Source: Macrostomum lignano
Taxonomy: Eukaryota
Reading direction: 5' to 3'
Assembly (NCBI GenBank): GCA_002269645.1
Contig: NIVC01003751.1
Coordinates: forward strand, 14,929-78,928
Length of the DNA: 64,000 nt
The notes under the pieces were generated by a model. That model had not been told where the DNA came from, did no database searches, and worked only from the letters and a program-made list of their open reading frames with translations. How positions within the stretch are numbered: the stretch's first letter is position 1; every line of letters begins with the position of its first letter. The translations under genes and the position numbers were made by a program. Below are positions 23,516 to 35,753 of this stretch, one piece after another.

Positions 23516-24549
23516 TCAACTAGTAGATCTCGCACTCTCTGTCGTTGATCTTCGGACAGCTCGCTGTTGATCTCGACTTCCTCTAGCCAAGCTGTGCTGG
23601 ACTCTTCAGGGCTCCTTGGCAAATGTCGCACTTCAGGTTCCGGCGTCTCTTCCAGGTACATCAGGTCGGCAGTTCTAAGTGGTGTCGCAACACCAACGCG
23701 GATGCCCGACTGCAGGAACACCTCACAGTCAGCAGTGTTGACGACCTCGATGTAGCCTCGACCTTCAGGCATAGTCATCAGAGCTGGAGCTGCTTCCAGA
23801 GTGTTGCAGCTGGGGTGCAGTCTCGACTTCACCAGCTCGACGATTGATGGCGATCCTCGGTTCTCGGGGTGGCCGACATCCAACTGGACGGCCAACAGCG
23901 CTGAACTTCTCGGCGGCAGAGTGCACTTCTCGGAGGTGTACACCCGGCATGATTGAAGCTCACGGCGCGAATAGCGAACGGGAATGCACGCGCCATTGTT
24001 GAACTTTAACATTCCTTGAGCAAAGTCCAAGTTCTGGCAGTGTTCACGCATGAAATTAATACCAAGCAAATTTTCACAATCGGTGACCGTGACCAGGAAT
24101 TCGGTGTCCGCGACGACATCACCGAACTCCACCGGGATGATCACCTTACACGCAAGGGGTAGCTGCGTACCGTCGTACATGGTCACGCAATCCGGGATAG
24201 CATGCGATATGATACAACGAGGCATCCGACGTCTAACATTGGCCCAGGTCGACGCTCCAAGAAAGTTTTTCCGACTGCCGCTGTCTAGTAGGAAAGGGAC
24301 TTCTCGGCCCGCCAATCGGCCGGTGACGTACGGATCAGCCTCACGCGCATGGATTTTTTGATCATCGGAGGTGTCCACGAAACCTCCGCACTCAGCCTCA
24401 CTTACTGATGAGCGACTGTCGGACTGGGCATTGGCGTCTGCGCAGCCGACATCCTCTTCTTCTGGTGAGCGTTCGGAGTCTGCCAAGTAGCCGGGGCTTG
24501 GGCTCTGCGGAGGGCGTTGCCGTGGGCGCTCTCCGTCTCGCCGTTTCCC
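23461..24549 (-). CDS. pol: Gypsy pol: aspartic protease region
   Basis: FLLDSGS active site and downstream LLGINF flap motif. Confidence 0.92.
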   Translation of the reverse strand, partial: GKRRDGERPRQRPPQSPSPGYLADSERSPEEEDVGCADANAQSDSRSSVSEAECGGFVDTSDDQKIHAREADPYVTGRLAGREVPFLLDSGSRKNFLGASTWANVRRRMPRCIISHAIPDCVTMYDGTQLPLACKVIIPVEFGDVVADTEFLVTVTDCENLLGINFMREHCQNLDFAQGMLKFNNGACIPVRYSRRELQSCRVYTSEKCTLPPRSSALLAVQLDVGHPENRGSPSIVELVKSRLHPSCNTLEAAPALMTMPEGRGYIEVVNTADCEVFLQSGIRVGVATPLRTADLMYLEETPEPEVRHLPRSPEESSTAWLEEVEINSELSEDQRQRVRDLLVECQAAFSKHLLDAGLTHW

Positions 24550-25570
24550 TGGTTCTGGCGTAACGGGCACTGTGCATTGCGATGACCAGGCTGACCGCAG
24601 CCATAGCAGATCATGGCTTTCGCCGGCGGACTCGTCTTCTGCTGCTGGTCACGCTGCACCAGGTTGTCTAGCAGTCGCTGCTGTTTCTCTAGCAGATCAG
24701 TCAGAGCCAGGAGAGCTTGAGCGGTGGCGTCGGGCGTCGGGTCACCGTCGCGCTCCCCGTTCAGCATGCGAACCGGGGGTTGAGCAGAGCGCTGCGCCAG
24801 TTCTTGGCGCCTTCCAGACGATGGAGTTCTCGAATAGCGGCCAGCAGATTGTTCGGGCGGACCCAATAGAGCCGCTCGCGCAGATCTGGTGTCGTCCTGA
24901 TGCCAGCTAGGAACTGATCAGCCAGCTCCCGCTCTCGATCCTCAGGGTGCATTCGAGGGTACGCTCGCTCTCCCAAGGTGCGCAGGGCATCAGCGTACTC
25001 TTCTGCTGACTCATTCTTGCCTTGCTGACGGCGCCTCAGCAGCTCTCGATATTCATCCGCGCCACCGTGGCGGGCGAATCTCTCGATCAGTCGCTGCCTG
25101 ACCTCCTCGTAGCCAGCATAGCGTGGGAGGTGCATACTGAGCAGAGCCGGGTAAGCGGTTGCCAGATCTAGACTCGCAACGAGGTGCTGCTTCATCTCGA
25201 TCGGGTCTTCGATACGCTCCATCTCGCAGCGCTGCTCGAACGCGGCGAGCCAGACGTGGATGTCCTGGCTGGGCGTGTACTTTACAATCTTAACAGATTT
25301 GCTTACCGGCCGCTCCATCTGCTGCTGCAGAGCTGCCATCATCGTTCTCACATCCTGGGGCCTGATGTTCTGGCCGAGGTCGTCCAAACCTGGCAGAAGC
25401 TCGTCTGGCGGGTCTTCGGACACTTCGCTTCTCGCACTTCGCCGCGGCATCTGCTGACCAAGGTCGTTGACCGCTGCTGCTGCGGCAGCCGATGCTGCTG
25501 CAGGTCTCGAACTGCTGATGTGCTGATCCAGCCGGCTGCTGCACCGGCTCTCTTCTCTCTCGTTAAACAT
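24402..25570 (-). CDS. gag: Gypsy gag (capsid plus CCHC zinc knuckle), split by one frame break near 24830
   Basis: Capsid-like WLAAFEQRC...RRQQGKNESAEEY...FLAGI; CYGCGQPGHRNAQC knuckle in the -1 frame. Confidence 0.92.
24543..24549 (-). promoter_or_regulatory. -1 ribosomal frameshift slippery site G GGA AAC (gag to pol)
   Basis: Heptamer is in the gag frame just after the zinc knuckle; a -1 slip enters the protease frame. Confidence 0.8.
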
Positions 25571-25679
25571 TTCAAATTAGTAGAATAGCCGAATTCTTAC
25601 TCGAAAGAGCGGTTGTCTTGGGTGTAGTAGTAGTCGAATCTTGACTTGTCGGATCCCAGATAGTCGTGTCGTTGACTCG

Positions 25680-25701
25680 TCGAATCCCACCGCTGCCACC
25701 A
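25680..25701 (-). promoter_or_regulatory. Primer binding site complementary to the tRNA-Leu 3' end
   Basis: TGGTGGCAGCGGTGGGATTCGA, 1 nt after the 5' LTR; complement of ...TCGAATCCCACCGCTGCCACCA, the typical eukaryotic tRNA-Leu 3' end. Confidence 0.9.
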
Positions 25702-25702
25702 G

Positions 25703-26825
25703 TGAAGTATAGGTGTCTTGCCTGTGGTTGTCTAGAGGCCTTCAATAGGAACGCTGCCCCGGTGAAGTACAGTTGCTTGAGCTCCTCTGGGAAGTCTCCG
25801 GGTTGATCTAGCGTTGGTAGTGCTGCCACCAGCTTCGCAGAGTCGCAGCCTTCGGTGAGGTGCTGAGCTCGTAGAAGCAAATAACTAAGACGAGAGAAAG
25901 AGACTCGCACTTCGTGCAGATTTAGCAGTTCTCGCGCAGAGGTGCCCACCGTCAGCAGTCCCTGCCGGGCTGGTGCGGGGTGAGAGCGAAAGTGCTAGCT
26001 TCGGGCGATCCGAGCTGGCCTGCTAATTGATAGCAGGAACAATCAGAGGCAGTCACGCGCAAAGTCGGGAGTTTGGAGTTCACTTTAAGCGTCAACTTGG
26101 CACACAACTTAGAGTTCGCTAGAAACGAAACGGAAGGAACGCTAGGAAAGCTTGGAAAGCTAGGAACGCGAGGAACGGTAGGAACGCTGAAAACGCAGAA
26201 ACGAGAGGCTGAAACGGAAGGGCCGGTTAACGGAAGGAAAGAAAGGCTTGTCTGAGCCAAGCCAGGAGAGGGGCTGCATTTATAGGGAGGATCGATTGCA
26301 CCATAGCACGAAAGGCCCCCGCTGAGAGTCATAAGTGACTCTGTTGCTATTTTTAGCAACAAACAAGCGGGCCCTGCCTCAGAGGAGGCAAGGGGGGGTC
26401 CGGGCGCACGTGATCTCCCCATAAACACGAGCCCAGCGTACAATGATGAAATCATTGCACTTTGGACTAAAGAAGGAAGAGGGCCTTGTCATGTGACTGA
26501 CTCACATGACAAGGGGAAACGGCCCACAAGTGAAGGCACTCGTGACCGTGGGACCGGAAAACAGAAAGGCACTCCAAATTTGGAGATGCCTGACAGAGAA
26601 CGAAACAGAGGCAGGCCAGACCAAGCTGTCTGGGCACTGCAAAAAGGGAAAGCGAGACAAAAGGGGCAAACGAGGACAAACAGACAGACAGACAAACGGG
26701 CAGAGGACAGGCCAGGGACAGGCGGGAGGGACAGGCAACTGCCCAGCGGCAGACAGAAACCTGGGGAGAAGGCGAGGGCAACAGCTGACTAGTGCGGCGC
26801 CTAACTAAACTAGCGACTCACTACA
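25703..26825 (-). repeat. 5' LTR (1123 bp) with TATAAAT at about 26277-26283
   Basis: Paired with 16661-17782. Confidence 0.97.
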
Positions 26826-28034
26826 ATAGCAATTCCACCCGCCGTTCAACCAGCATCTCAGAGGTGACGATGAAGCATTATGGGATGTCTGCGCAGTAGC
26901 CAATGGTAGGGCCGCTAGCAACAAGAGCTCTTCGAATCTTCGTCGGCTATTGCCACTTCCTTTTTAGTACAAATCTGTACTACGTAGCGACTAGTATTGT
27001 ATATTTCGTTATAATCCTAAATATGAATGAACTGATATTAATAGGCTTCCACCAGAATCCCTTTAGTTGTTTACGAACTACACGCTTAAGTATCAGCATT
27101 CGGACGATATAGCGGAAATCCATTAATTCGTTGTCTTTGTGTATTTCGGTGAGGCTTCATAAAAGGATAGGAAGTAAGCAGATTGCTTCTGTGATAAGAT
27201 CTGTGACTAATAAATAACATTATACCGCACACATTTTTACAGGACATATAGAGACAGCTGACACTAAGACACAGACATAAGACTGCATGTAGACGGACAG
27301 ACAAACAGCTAGTACAGACAGAATTTTTAACTAAATAGCACCAATGGTTCCATATGAGAATTGCCCGCATGCGAATTGCTTTCAGCGTGCATTTTTCCGC
27401 AGCGCATTTGGCTACGCGGCAGATTTTGTCAGCATTGCTCTCCAATACTTAGTAAGTCTTAATGAAAAGATTTAGGGGACAAAGCGACATGGCATAGCTC
27501 CGCAAATCGAAAAAAGTCTGAAAAGTCCGAAATCTAGACTGGAAAAGTAAAAAATATATCCACCGAATGCGCCGTGGCTTCGTATTGCAAAGAATTTGAA
27601 AACATTTCTAATGCAATCCCGGACACAATTATCTAGGTGGCGCATCTCAGCGGAACTGTGCCTTTATTTGTCTGGTTTGGCACGCACAGCTGCACGTCCT
27701 GCCACCCACAAACCAACGTTTCGCTCAAGGACTACTCAAGTAGAAGGATTACGGACTTGGGAAATTTTAGGAGGCAGGTTGTTTTTCCGAAAAAGTACAT
27801 TACGGAAATGCATGTAGTGTATAGTAGGAGGTTCTCATTTTTAGCACAAAATTTGTTATTGCTTTTGATAGGAGACAGACCGAATGACTTTCAGCTTTTG
27901 ATATGTCTTGCTTTTATTATAGCTTTATTGATATTTATATAGAGCTTCTTCTATAAAATTAGTGTTGAAAGTTCTAAATGTTAATTTTATATCTACATGT
28001 ACGTAGATGATCAAACGTTGGCTTCCAGCTCGTC

Positions 28035-28348
28035 TCAGGGATCATTTTGACGCCGCAGGCACTCATTTTGGCGCCACAGGCATTACTTTTGGCACCGCAT
28101 GCACTCATTTTGGCGCCGGAGGCACTCATTTTGGCGCCGCACGCACTCCTTTGGCGCCGCAGGCACTCATTTTGGCGCTGTAGGCACTCATTTTAGCGCC
28201 GTAAGCGCTATTTTTTGCGCCCTGAAGAAAAATTATTGATTATCACAACGAGTCACAATGTGGGGTAGGAAAAGCATTGGCATGCCCCCCATAGCTTTAC
28301 GGGGGGGGGGACATGTCCCCCGTGTCCCTCCGGTGGCGACGCGCCTGG
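28035..28348. repeat. 21-bp GGCGCCGCAGGCACTCATTTT repeats plus a GC-rich MITE-like end
   Basis: About 7 degenerate units followed by GGGGGGGACATGTCCCCCG...GGCGACGCGCCTG. Confidence 0.55.
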
Positions 28349-28608
28349 TCTTGCTACGCAGTCAGCTTTGCGTATTTTGCTGCATTCGCGTAGCAGGAGC
28401 AGTCACATCTAACCATTTACACCGGAGAACAAACCGGGGGATACATGCAGATAATTTACGAATCTGTAAAGCCTACATAATTTTAGAGCATTTGCAATTT
28501 TTTACAAAAAGAATAAATTAAATGGTGTTAATCTTGTAATAATAACATAATTAGCTGCCTAAATGTTTGCTTAAATGCACACTAAGTTAGTTAACAGGTC
28601 GAGTTCAG

Positions 28609-28987
28609 GGGTCTCCCTAAAACACGCACCGCACCGCCCCGAACCGCTACACATTATAACATTTTTTGTCAACGCAGTATTTGATTGCAAGGAAAACTAT
28701 TTGTTGTAAGAGTAATGGAATAAATATCTTTAATTATTATTATAAATATTGTTATTATTTTTTATATTCTCGTTTTGATTATTAAATTATATTATTATTA
28801 CTTTATTAATATTATTATTAATATCACTTATTATTCACTGAATTTTATATTTCAAATTAAAAAAACTAAATTTAATAAAAGCTTTGAAGCTTAACAGAAA
28901 ACGCATTTTTAGTGTCTTCAGTTATAGTCCAATTTGTTTTAATGTGTAGCGCTGCAGGGCGGTGCGGGGCGTGTTTTAGGGAGACCC
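28609..28987. mobile_element. MITE, 379 bp, ~48-bp TIRs, 8-bp TSD GAGTTCAG
   Basis: GGGTCTCCCTAAAACACGC...GCTACACATTA and its reverse complement at 28940-28987; GAGTTCAG at 28601-28608 and 28988-28995; AT-rich interior. Confidence 0.9.
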
Positions 28988-29185
28988 GAGTTCAGCGCCA
29001 CCCTAGCTACCGAATGCTAAATAATTGTTGGCCGCGCCAATTATATTAATATTTTCGTTTGTATGGCAATCTCATTAAGGCTGAGTTGAGAACTGAGATC
29101 TCAGTATTTTATTATCTTATCTCATTTATCCTAAACTATTGTAACAAGGCAAATTAGGATTTTAAACATTAAAAATTAACTACAG

Positions 29186-29228
29186 ATGCGTCTTGCATTA
29201 GTGCTTGTTTTCTTTTCTGTTATCCTTG
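29186..29228 (+). CDS. Shisa-like membrane protein, exon 1 (signal peptide)
   Basis: MRLALVLVFFSVIL then phase-1 gtaagt donor; ATG directly preceded by a tacag acceptor. Confidence 0.7.
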
Positions 29229-32200
29229 GTAAGTAGGCCTACCCTAAGTAAGTTCAATAGATCTACTTAGAAAATTACTATGCCTAGGGCATGCTATGCC
29301 TAATTTTTCCTGACGTGATAGCTGTAATTTTGTCTTTAACACATTAAAAAATTTCATTATTGACTCTTGACTGACATTATTTAGGCCTATCAGTATGACT
29401 GACTAGGCCTAAGACTAGGCCTAGTAAGAGTTGTGACTAGGCCAATTAAAATGATACTCAATTTATAATATAAACTGAGGCACTAATATAAGCATATATG
29501 GTATTTTTATTATTTAATATTATTATTATTATTATTTTATTATTAGGCCCTATTATTAATATTGTGGCATTACCTATAATAATTAATATTTTTATTATTA
29601 AAAAATAAAATAATATCAAATAATAATTTATTATTGTTATAAGCATCTATCTATTGTCATTCATTTAAAAGTTTTGAATTTATAGTATTCCATTAAGCCC
29701 CATGGCCATAGTTAGGAACACCCTAAATATATGCCAAACTAAAATCTCCTACAATTTTTTGGTATGCCAGTATATGCCAAACTTTTCTAACCCAACCCAA
29801 AATCCCAGGAAAATATGTCTTGTTATGAGTAGTTTAGTAAAACTATTTTATTTCTAATAATATATATTCTCTAAACAAATTAATGTATTAAACAGCTCTA
29901 GGCTTAGCATAATTTTTTTTTAATTTCATGTTGGCATAAAATTGAAAAAAACAAATTTTCATTCTGGCATTGTGCTTGCCATGATCTAGGCTATGGCATA
30001 ATATATGCCCAAAGATTTAAGTGTGCATTGTTGGCCTTGCACCATAGCCAAGATCATGGCATGCCTATGCCAGAATAAATCTTATCAAAAAAGATGAATT
30101 GTGCTATATGCCAAAACTATTCCTATCAAATAAGTCTACTTATATCATGTACTGGAACTTTTTTAAAAAGAAACACAAAAGCAATATTTTTCAATGTAAT
30201 GTTTGTATTTGAATCTGTTTCATAGAAAATGCAATGTGCTAAAAGGTAAAGCCACTAGGCCTTATCTATTAACCTTTGTCTGTCTCTATGTTAATTTAAT
30301 TTTTAAAGCATAATAAGTTAAGATATTATATTAGATGGTAAGCAATAGGAGGAGACTAAGCTGACAATATCCAAGGGCAGTTCAAAAGAGGAATAATAAC
30401 TTAATAGATACGCTAATAGGCAAGGCTGCTTGGCATGGTAGTCATTGAATAGTCATGTTAGCGTCTATAATCACAAGCAATCTAGAAGTCTCAAGAAGGT
30501 AGGTGTTACAAGAAGTTGAAAACAATGGAGAAAGAAAGGGTAGTTAGTAGGTGCTTATTGGAAGATTATAAAGATCTAGGAGCAATCAAAATATTGACTT
30601 AGTCTAGAAAAAATGTAGAAAAAGTTACCAATTTGGGTGCTAAGTTTCTCTAAGAAAGCTCAGTCTTATAAGAAAACAGAACAACACAAGGGACCAATAA
30701 CAAAGAACTCCTCCCACCAACCACATAGTGGCCAAAAAGGGGGAGGAGTTAGATAGCACACTGATTAGGACAGGTCCCTCAAAAAGTCACATTTCCTTTT
30801 ATATATCCAAAATTTCATAAGACCAAAATATTTAACCCTTAAACCCTTTAAGCCTTTTAACCATTTTTGCACTGCTTTAAATTTAATAGGAAATTAACTT
30901 ATATCAAGTCAAGTTTATAAGAATTGCCTATTGAGATTTGTCTGCCAAACTTCCCACCAAGATTTGCCCCTGGTGCATTTTGCCTATGAGCAAATTGCCC
31001 ACTAAAATTAGCCTATAATGCAGTTTGATAGCAAGTGAATTTTAAGTGAATTACATATAGTCACATGGCAGATTTTGTCTACACCCCCTCCCCCAATACT
31101 TGTATCACATAAGTCTTGATGAAGAGATTTAGTAGACAAAGCAACTGTATATACATTAATTAATAGCTCACTGATGTACCCTTGAATATAGGGCCTATAT
31201 AGAACTAACAAAAAAGCATTTTGCATGCAGTTATTATCTAAATGTTTTGATTGGGTAAATCTCTTTATTAAGAGTTACTAAGCATTAGGAGGCAATGCAA
31301 ACAAAATCTACCACATGGCTAAATGCTCTATAGTAAAAAAGCACTATAGGCAAACCTTGTAGATAATTCAGGCAAATTGCAGTGGACAAATCTTGGGAGG
31401 CAATTCTTAATGAACAATTTGTAAATGATTCTTATATGCTCTATTAAGTCATTTAACTGTCACAGGGCTATTTCTTCTACTCTATATATTTCAATCCCAC
31501 TGTTAAGCCACCAAGTTGTAATAGGCATTTCGGCTTTCTTTATAAATCTCAAAGTTGTACTAAAGCTTTCCTTATTTAGTTAATTATATCCCTTTTTTCT
31601 AATATTTCTAACTGTCATATATTTCTAGGTAGCATTCTTGGTAGTATTCTGGTAGCATTCTTAGCAATGTTCTTGTAGCATCATTAGTATATGGTCCAAG
31701 TGGTCTTACTGGTATATGTATTTCTCTCCAGTCTGGGCAGTACTGAGATTAGAGGGTCATAGCAATTACTCTTAGTATTCTATTTGCATGAATTCCCAAT
31801 TCTGACTTTCAACCTTCTTTACAATACTCTTAGAAATAAGCAATGATCTGTAAACTGAACTCATTTGATCTTATAGCTATTGAACAAGTTTAACGCAAGT
31901 TTTGAACAAGCTATAAATGATTTGATCACATGAGCAAGTTGGTTCTCTCTCCCTAAACTTTGCTCCTATTTATACTAACTGAAACAAGTGTATTTTGACA
32001 AAAGGCTATTATTATAGAGAATATTTTGAAAAGTAAAACAACATACATTTTTGGCGTGTAAGTTTGAATTTAAGCTTTCTAAGAAACCCCACCACGGCAT
32101 CATATAACCTATATATAAAGATGTGTATATATGTCTATATTCCTAGTTTTTTAAAGTAAAAGAAATTGCCAGGTTTGGTGGTCTTTCATCTTGTTGGTTG

Positions 32201-32493
32201 CATCAAAGGATTGAATGATTATAGGCTAAAAATAAAGTGATTATTTTTAGCAAACTTGTAAACCCATAGCAATTTTTTGTATTTTATATACAGCTACTTG
32301 AAGTAGAAACATACAAATATGGTAAGAAAAAAATAGGAAAGATAATAGAAAAAAATATTTTTATTATTTTTTGACTTTTTTCTTCTTTTTCTTTAACATT
32401 TAAAGATTTAACAATATAGCAAGAAGAGGACAAAAGTAAAAAAGATGCCACATCTCTATGCTCTATGCAAACTAAAATATTTTTATTGTCATA

Positions 32494-33530
32494 GCCATAC
32501 TTAACTTACTTGACTTAGCTGCAGGGGGCTCCGTGCGTCTGGAAACAGCAAGGAGGTGTTGCCGCTCATTTTGCTAACCCCTGGCAACCATGGGCAGCTA
32601 GTGCTGCAGTGTCATGCAGGGAGTTCCGGTGGTGCCGGTGTCCGCAGCGCGGTCCCCCTCTGGAGGGTCCAGGAGGTGGACTGTCGCTCACCCAGTAGCC
32701 CTTAGGTAGCAGACAAGCTGGCAGAGATTCTCGGGCCTGAAAACATTGGAGAGGTCCTGGTTTGGGCCGAGGTAGGTGAGCCTGACCTGAGTAAAGGCGG
32801 GGCATTCACAGATGAAGTGCTCCACATTCTCGACACTGGAGAGGCAGAATGGGCATTCCTCACTGCAGATTTTTCCCTGGAGGTAGCGATGCATGGCAAA
32901 ACAGCCATGACCTGAGAGGGCCATGGTCACTGCCCTGATGTGACCTGATATGCCATGAATGAACTGCGGTGCTTATGTGTCATGAATACTCCATGAGTCG
33001 CTGAAAGGCGAATGGGGACTAGAAGTGAGAAGCTGCTAGGCCGTAACCCCAAACCGAACAGCCAGCCAAAAGATAGCGACCTGGGGGTGGCTTAAGCCCT
33101 TACTGGCCCAACTGCTAGCAACCAAGAAACTCCCCGGCTTGGAGAACCAGAGGCCAAACCAAAGGACCATCAGTGCGGTACTATACTGGGCCCTTGAGAG
33201 AGACAAAAGGCTGTCCCCGGAGCCTGCAGACTGGCCGCATACCCTGTTAAGGTCAGAGGGTGGTACCTGTTCCTCAGAGCCATGGCCAGAGGTACCTGAT
33301 ACACACAGGTTCACTTCCGGGCGGAGCCCGTACCCAACACAGCCAAGACTGAGGTCAAGACTACGGGTGGGTTTGCTGCCGCCGGAGCCCAGTCAGTCCA
33401 GCAGCCCTAGGGCTGCCTTGAACACATGCGGAACGTGAACCCCTGGGTCGGCTTGTGAGTCAGCTTGGAGAGTTCTCCTGCCATTCCTGCACCAGAATAA
33501 AGGGGGTGCAGGTGTGTAGGATCGCAGACC
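32494..33530 (-). mobile_element. 5'-truncated degenerate non-LTR retrotransposon (RNase H remnant plus CCHC finger)
   Basis: LSGHGCF..H...CPFC...ENVEHFICECPAF..VRLTYLG is the C-terminal CCHC motif of I/R1/LOA-type elements; short (TAAG)-like 3' tail at about 32500-32520. Confidence 0.8.
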
Positions 33531-34241
33531 TTAGCTAATAAGCCTGGTCTGTCTCATGCTACACAGGCGTGCTGAACCCACCAATGCATCTCTATGCTCT
33601 ATGCAAACTACAATATTTTTATTGTCATATTCATAAGAGAAGTTGTTTTCTGTAGGCATATTTGTTACAGAATGGTACATGGTACTTATTGTACCATGCT
33701 TGCTATAGTATTTCATAGCTATAGCTGATGAAAATGATACCTAGGCCAAGAAGTATTCCAGAGTCACTTGCATCAATTTGAGGTGTTTTGTTGTCTGCAA
33801 CTCAGGAATGACTCTGGGGCAGTGCATGTGACTATAGGATGCTTCTAAAATGACTCTGGGACTGTAGAGTTATATCTGAGGCGTGCTAGAGTTGCTGTAG
33901 AATTACTGGGTTACATCAAAAGTGCATCTGCATCACTTACAAGAGTTAGTTGTCTTGCTTAAGGACCTGCATTGTTCTGAATGGGTTGAAAATCGAACCC
34001 CCAACCTCTAAGTCATGAGTCCTGCGCTACAACACCGCATTTTTAACAACTCTATCTAGTCTACTTCAGTTAGTAGATAGTAAGATTTTATGAATTTTGC
34101 ATATAAAGCATTTATATCTGATTGCTCTATGCTGCCTTACAATTATTAGATTGTGTTAAATTGCATTTTATTAATATGTTAAATACATAGATATGATTAC
34201 ATATGAATCTCGCACCCAACAAATCCATTTGAATCGCACAG

Positions 34242-34392
34242 TCTGCGCTGTTGCCGGGCGCCGCAGTTCATTCCGGTCATTCCGGTCTAGGAGCTACCGC
34301 TACCGGTCTCCTTCCTACCGGTCCTATGGCGGCTCCGGCTCGTTTCGGGCGTCCAACTACAAAATGGCCCCTGGCGTCATGCGCAGGATGGG
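34242..34392 (+). CDS. Shisa-like membrane protein, exon 2 (R/S/Y/G-rich)
   Basis: cag acceptor, VCAVAGRRSSFRSFRSRSYRYRSPSYRSYGGSGSFRASNYKMAPGVMRRMG, gtgag donor; phases match exons 1 and 3. Confidence 0.78.
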
Positions 34393-34671
34393 GTGAGCAC
34401 TCTCATTTGCTTGTTGCTAACGGCTTTAATTATATGACACGCTCAGCTGAGCTTCAATATCCCCAAGGCTCAAGCATAGAGTCCCTTTAAGCTGGATTGC
34501 AGTTGGTTTCATAAAATATAAGCTAGATTTTACTTTAGGATTGTATTATCAGGGATTCTTGCAGCTGGTAGCTATTTTCAGGGTATTCTCTTTAGATATT
34601 CTTAGCTGGGGTTTCAGTTGTAAGATTTTCTAGAACTCCTGGTGAGATTTTCCATTATGGGTAAAGTTGAT

Positions 34672-35660
34672 GCAGTTTTAGGTGTGAGATTCTCTAGAGT
34701 GAAGGGCAGTTTTAGGTGTGAGGTTCTCTGGAGTGAAGGGCAGTCTTAGGTGTGAAATTCTCTAGAGTGAAGGGCAGTCTTAGGTGTGACCGTGTGAGAT
34801 TCTCTAGAGTGAAGGGCAGTTTTAGGTGTGAGATTCTCTAGAGTGAAAGGCAGTTTTAGGTGTGAGATTCTCTAGAGTGAAGGGCAGTCTTAGGTGTGAC
34901 CGTGTGAGATTCTCTAGAGTGAAGGGCAGTTTTAGGTGTGAGATTCTCTAGAGTGAAGGGCAGTTTTAGGTGTGAAATTCTCTGGAGTGAAGGGCAGTCT
35001 TAGGTGTGACCGTGTGAGATTCTCTAGAGTGAAGGGCAGTTTTAGGTGTGAGGTTCTCTAGAGTGAAGGGCAGTTTTAGGTGTGAGATTCTCTAGAGTGA
35101 AAGGCAGTTTTAGGTGTGAGATTCTCTAGAGTGAAGGGCAGTTTTAGGTGTGAGATTCTCTAGAGTGAAGGGCAGTCTTAGGTGTGACCGTGTGAGATTC
35201 TCTAGAGTGAAGGGCAGTTTTAGGTGTGAGATTCTCTAGAGTGAAAGGCAGTTTTAGGTGTGAGATTCTCTAGAGTAAAGGGCAGTTTTAGGTGTGAGAT
35301 TCTCTAGAGTGAAGGGCAGTCTTAGGTGTGACCGTGTGAGATTCTCTAGAGTGAAGGGCAGTTTTAGGTGTGAGGTTCTCTAGAGTGAAGGGCAGTTTTA
35401 GGTGTGAAATTCTCTGGAGTGAAGGGCAGTCTTAGGTGTGACCGTGTGAGATTCTCTAGAGTGAAGGGCAGTTTTAGGTGTGAGGTTCTCTAGAGTGAAG
35501 GGCAGTTTTAGGTGTGAAATTCTCTGGAGTGAAGGGCAGTCTTAGGTGTGAGGTTCTCTAGAGTGAAGGGCAGTCTTAGGTGTGAGGTTCTCTAGAGTGA
35601 AAGGCAGTTTTAGGTGTGAGGTTCTCTAGAGTGAAGGGCAGTTTTAGGTGTGAGATTCTC
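34672..35660. repeat. 34-bp minisatellite with 42-bp variant units
   Basis: GTGTGAGATTCTCTAGAGTGAAGGGCAGTTTTAG; periodic GTGTGACC insertion. Confidence 0.95.
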
Positions 35661-35753
35661 AAGGCATAGTGGGGGTTTTGAATTAAGACTCGTGAGTTCC
35701 CCTCTGCCACGCACTGCCAAGTTGCATACATTTTGAATTTCCCAATCCCGCAG

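Larger units (their letters stand above)
16661..26825 (-). mobile_element. Full-length Ty3/Gypsy LTR retrotransposon (10,165 bp)
   Basis: Two ~1.12-kb LTRs with TG...CA ends, 4-bp TSD ATAG (16657-16660 and 26826-26829), PBS, PPT, and domain order gag-PR-RT-RH-IN. Confidence 0.98.

Noticed and set aside
19448-25588. Numerous plus-strand ORFs antisense to gag/pol
   Set aside because: Expected shadows of a GC-rich coding strand; none is long or motif-bearing.
29963-30076. ~38-bp imperfect inverted repeat (and decayed inverted motifs at about 30915-31420)
   Set aside because: Short and degenerate with no TSD; probably old MITE remnants.
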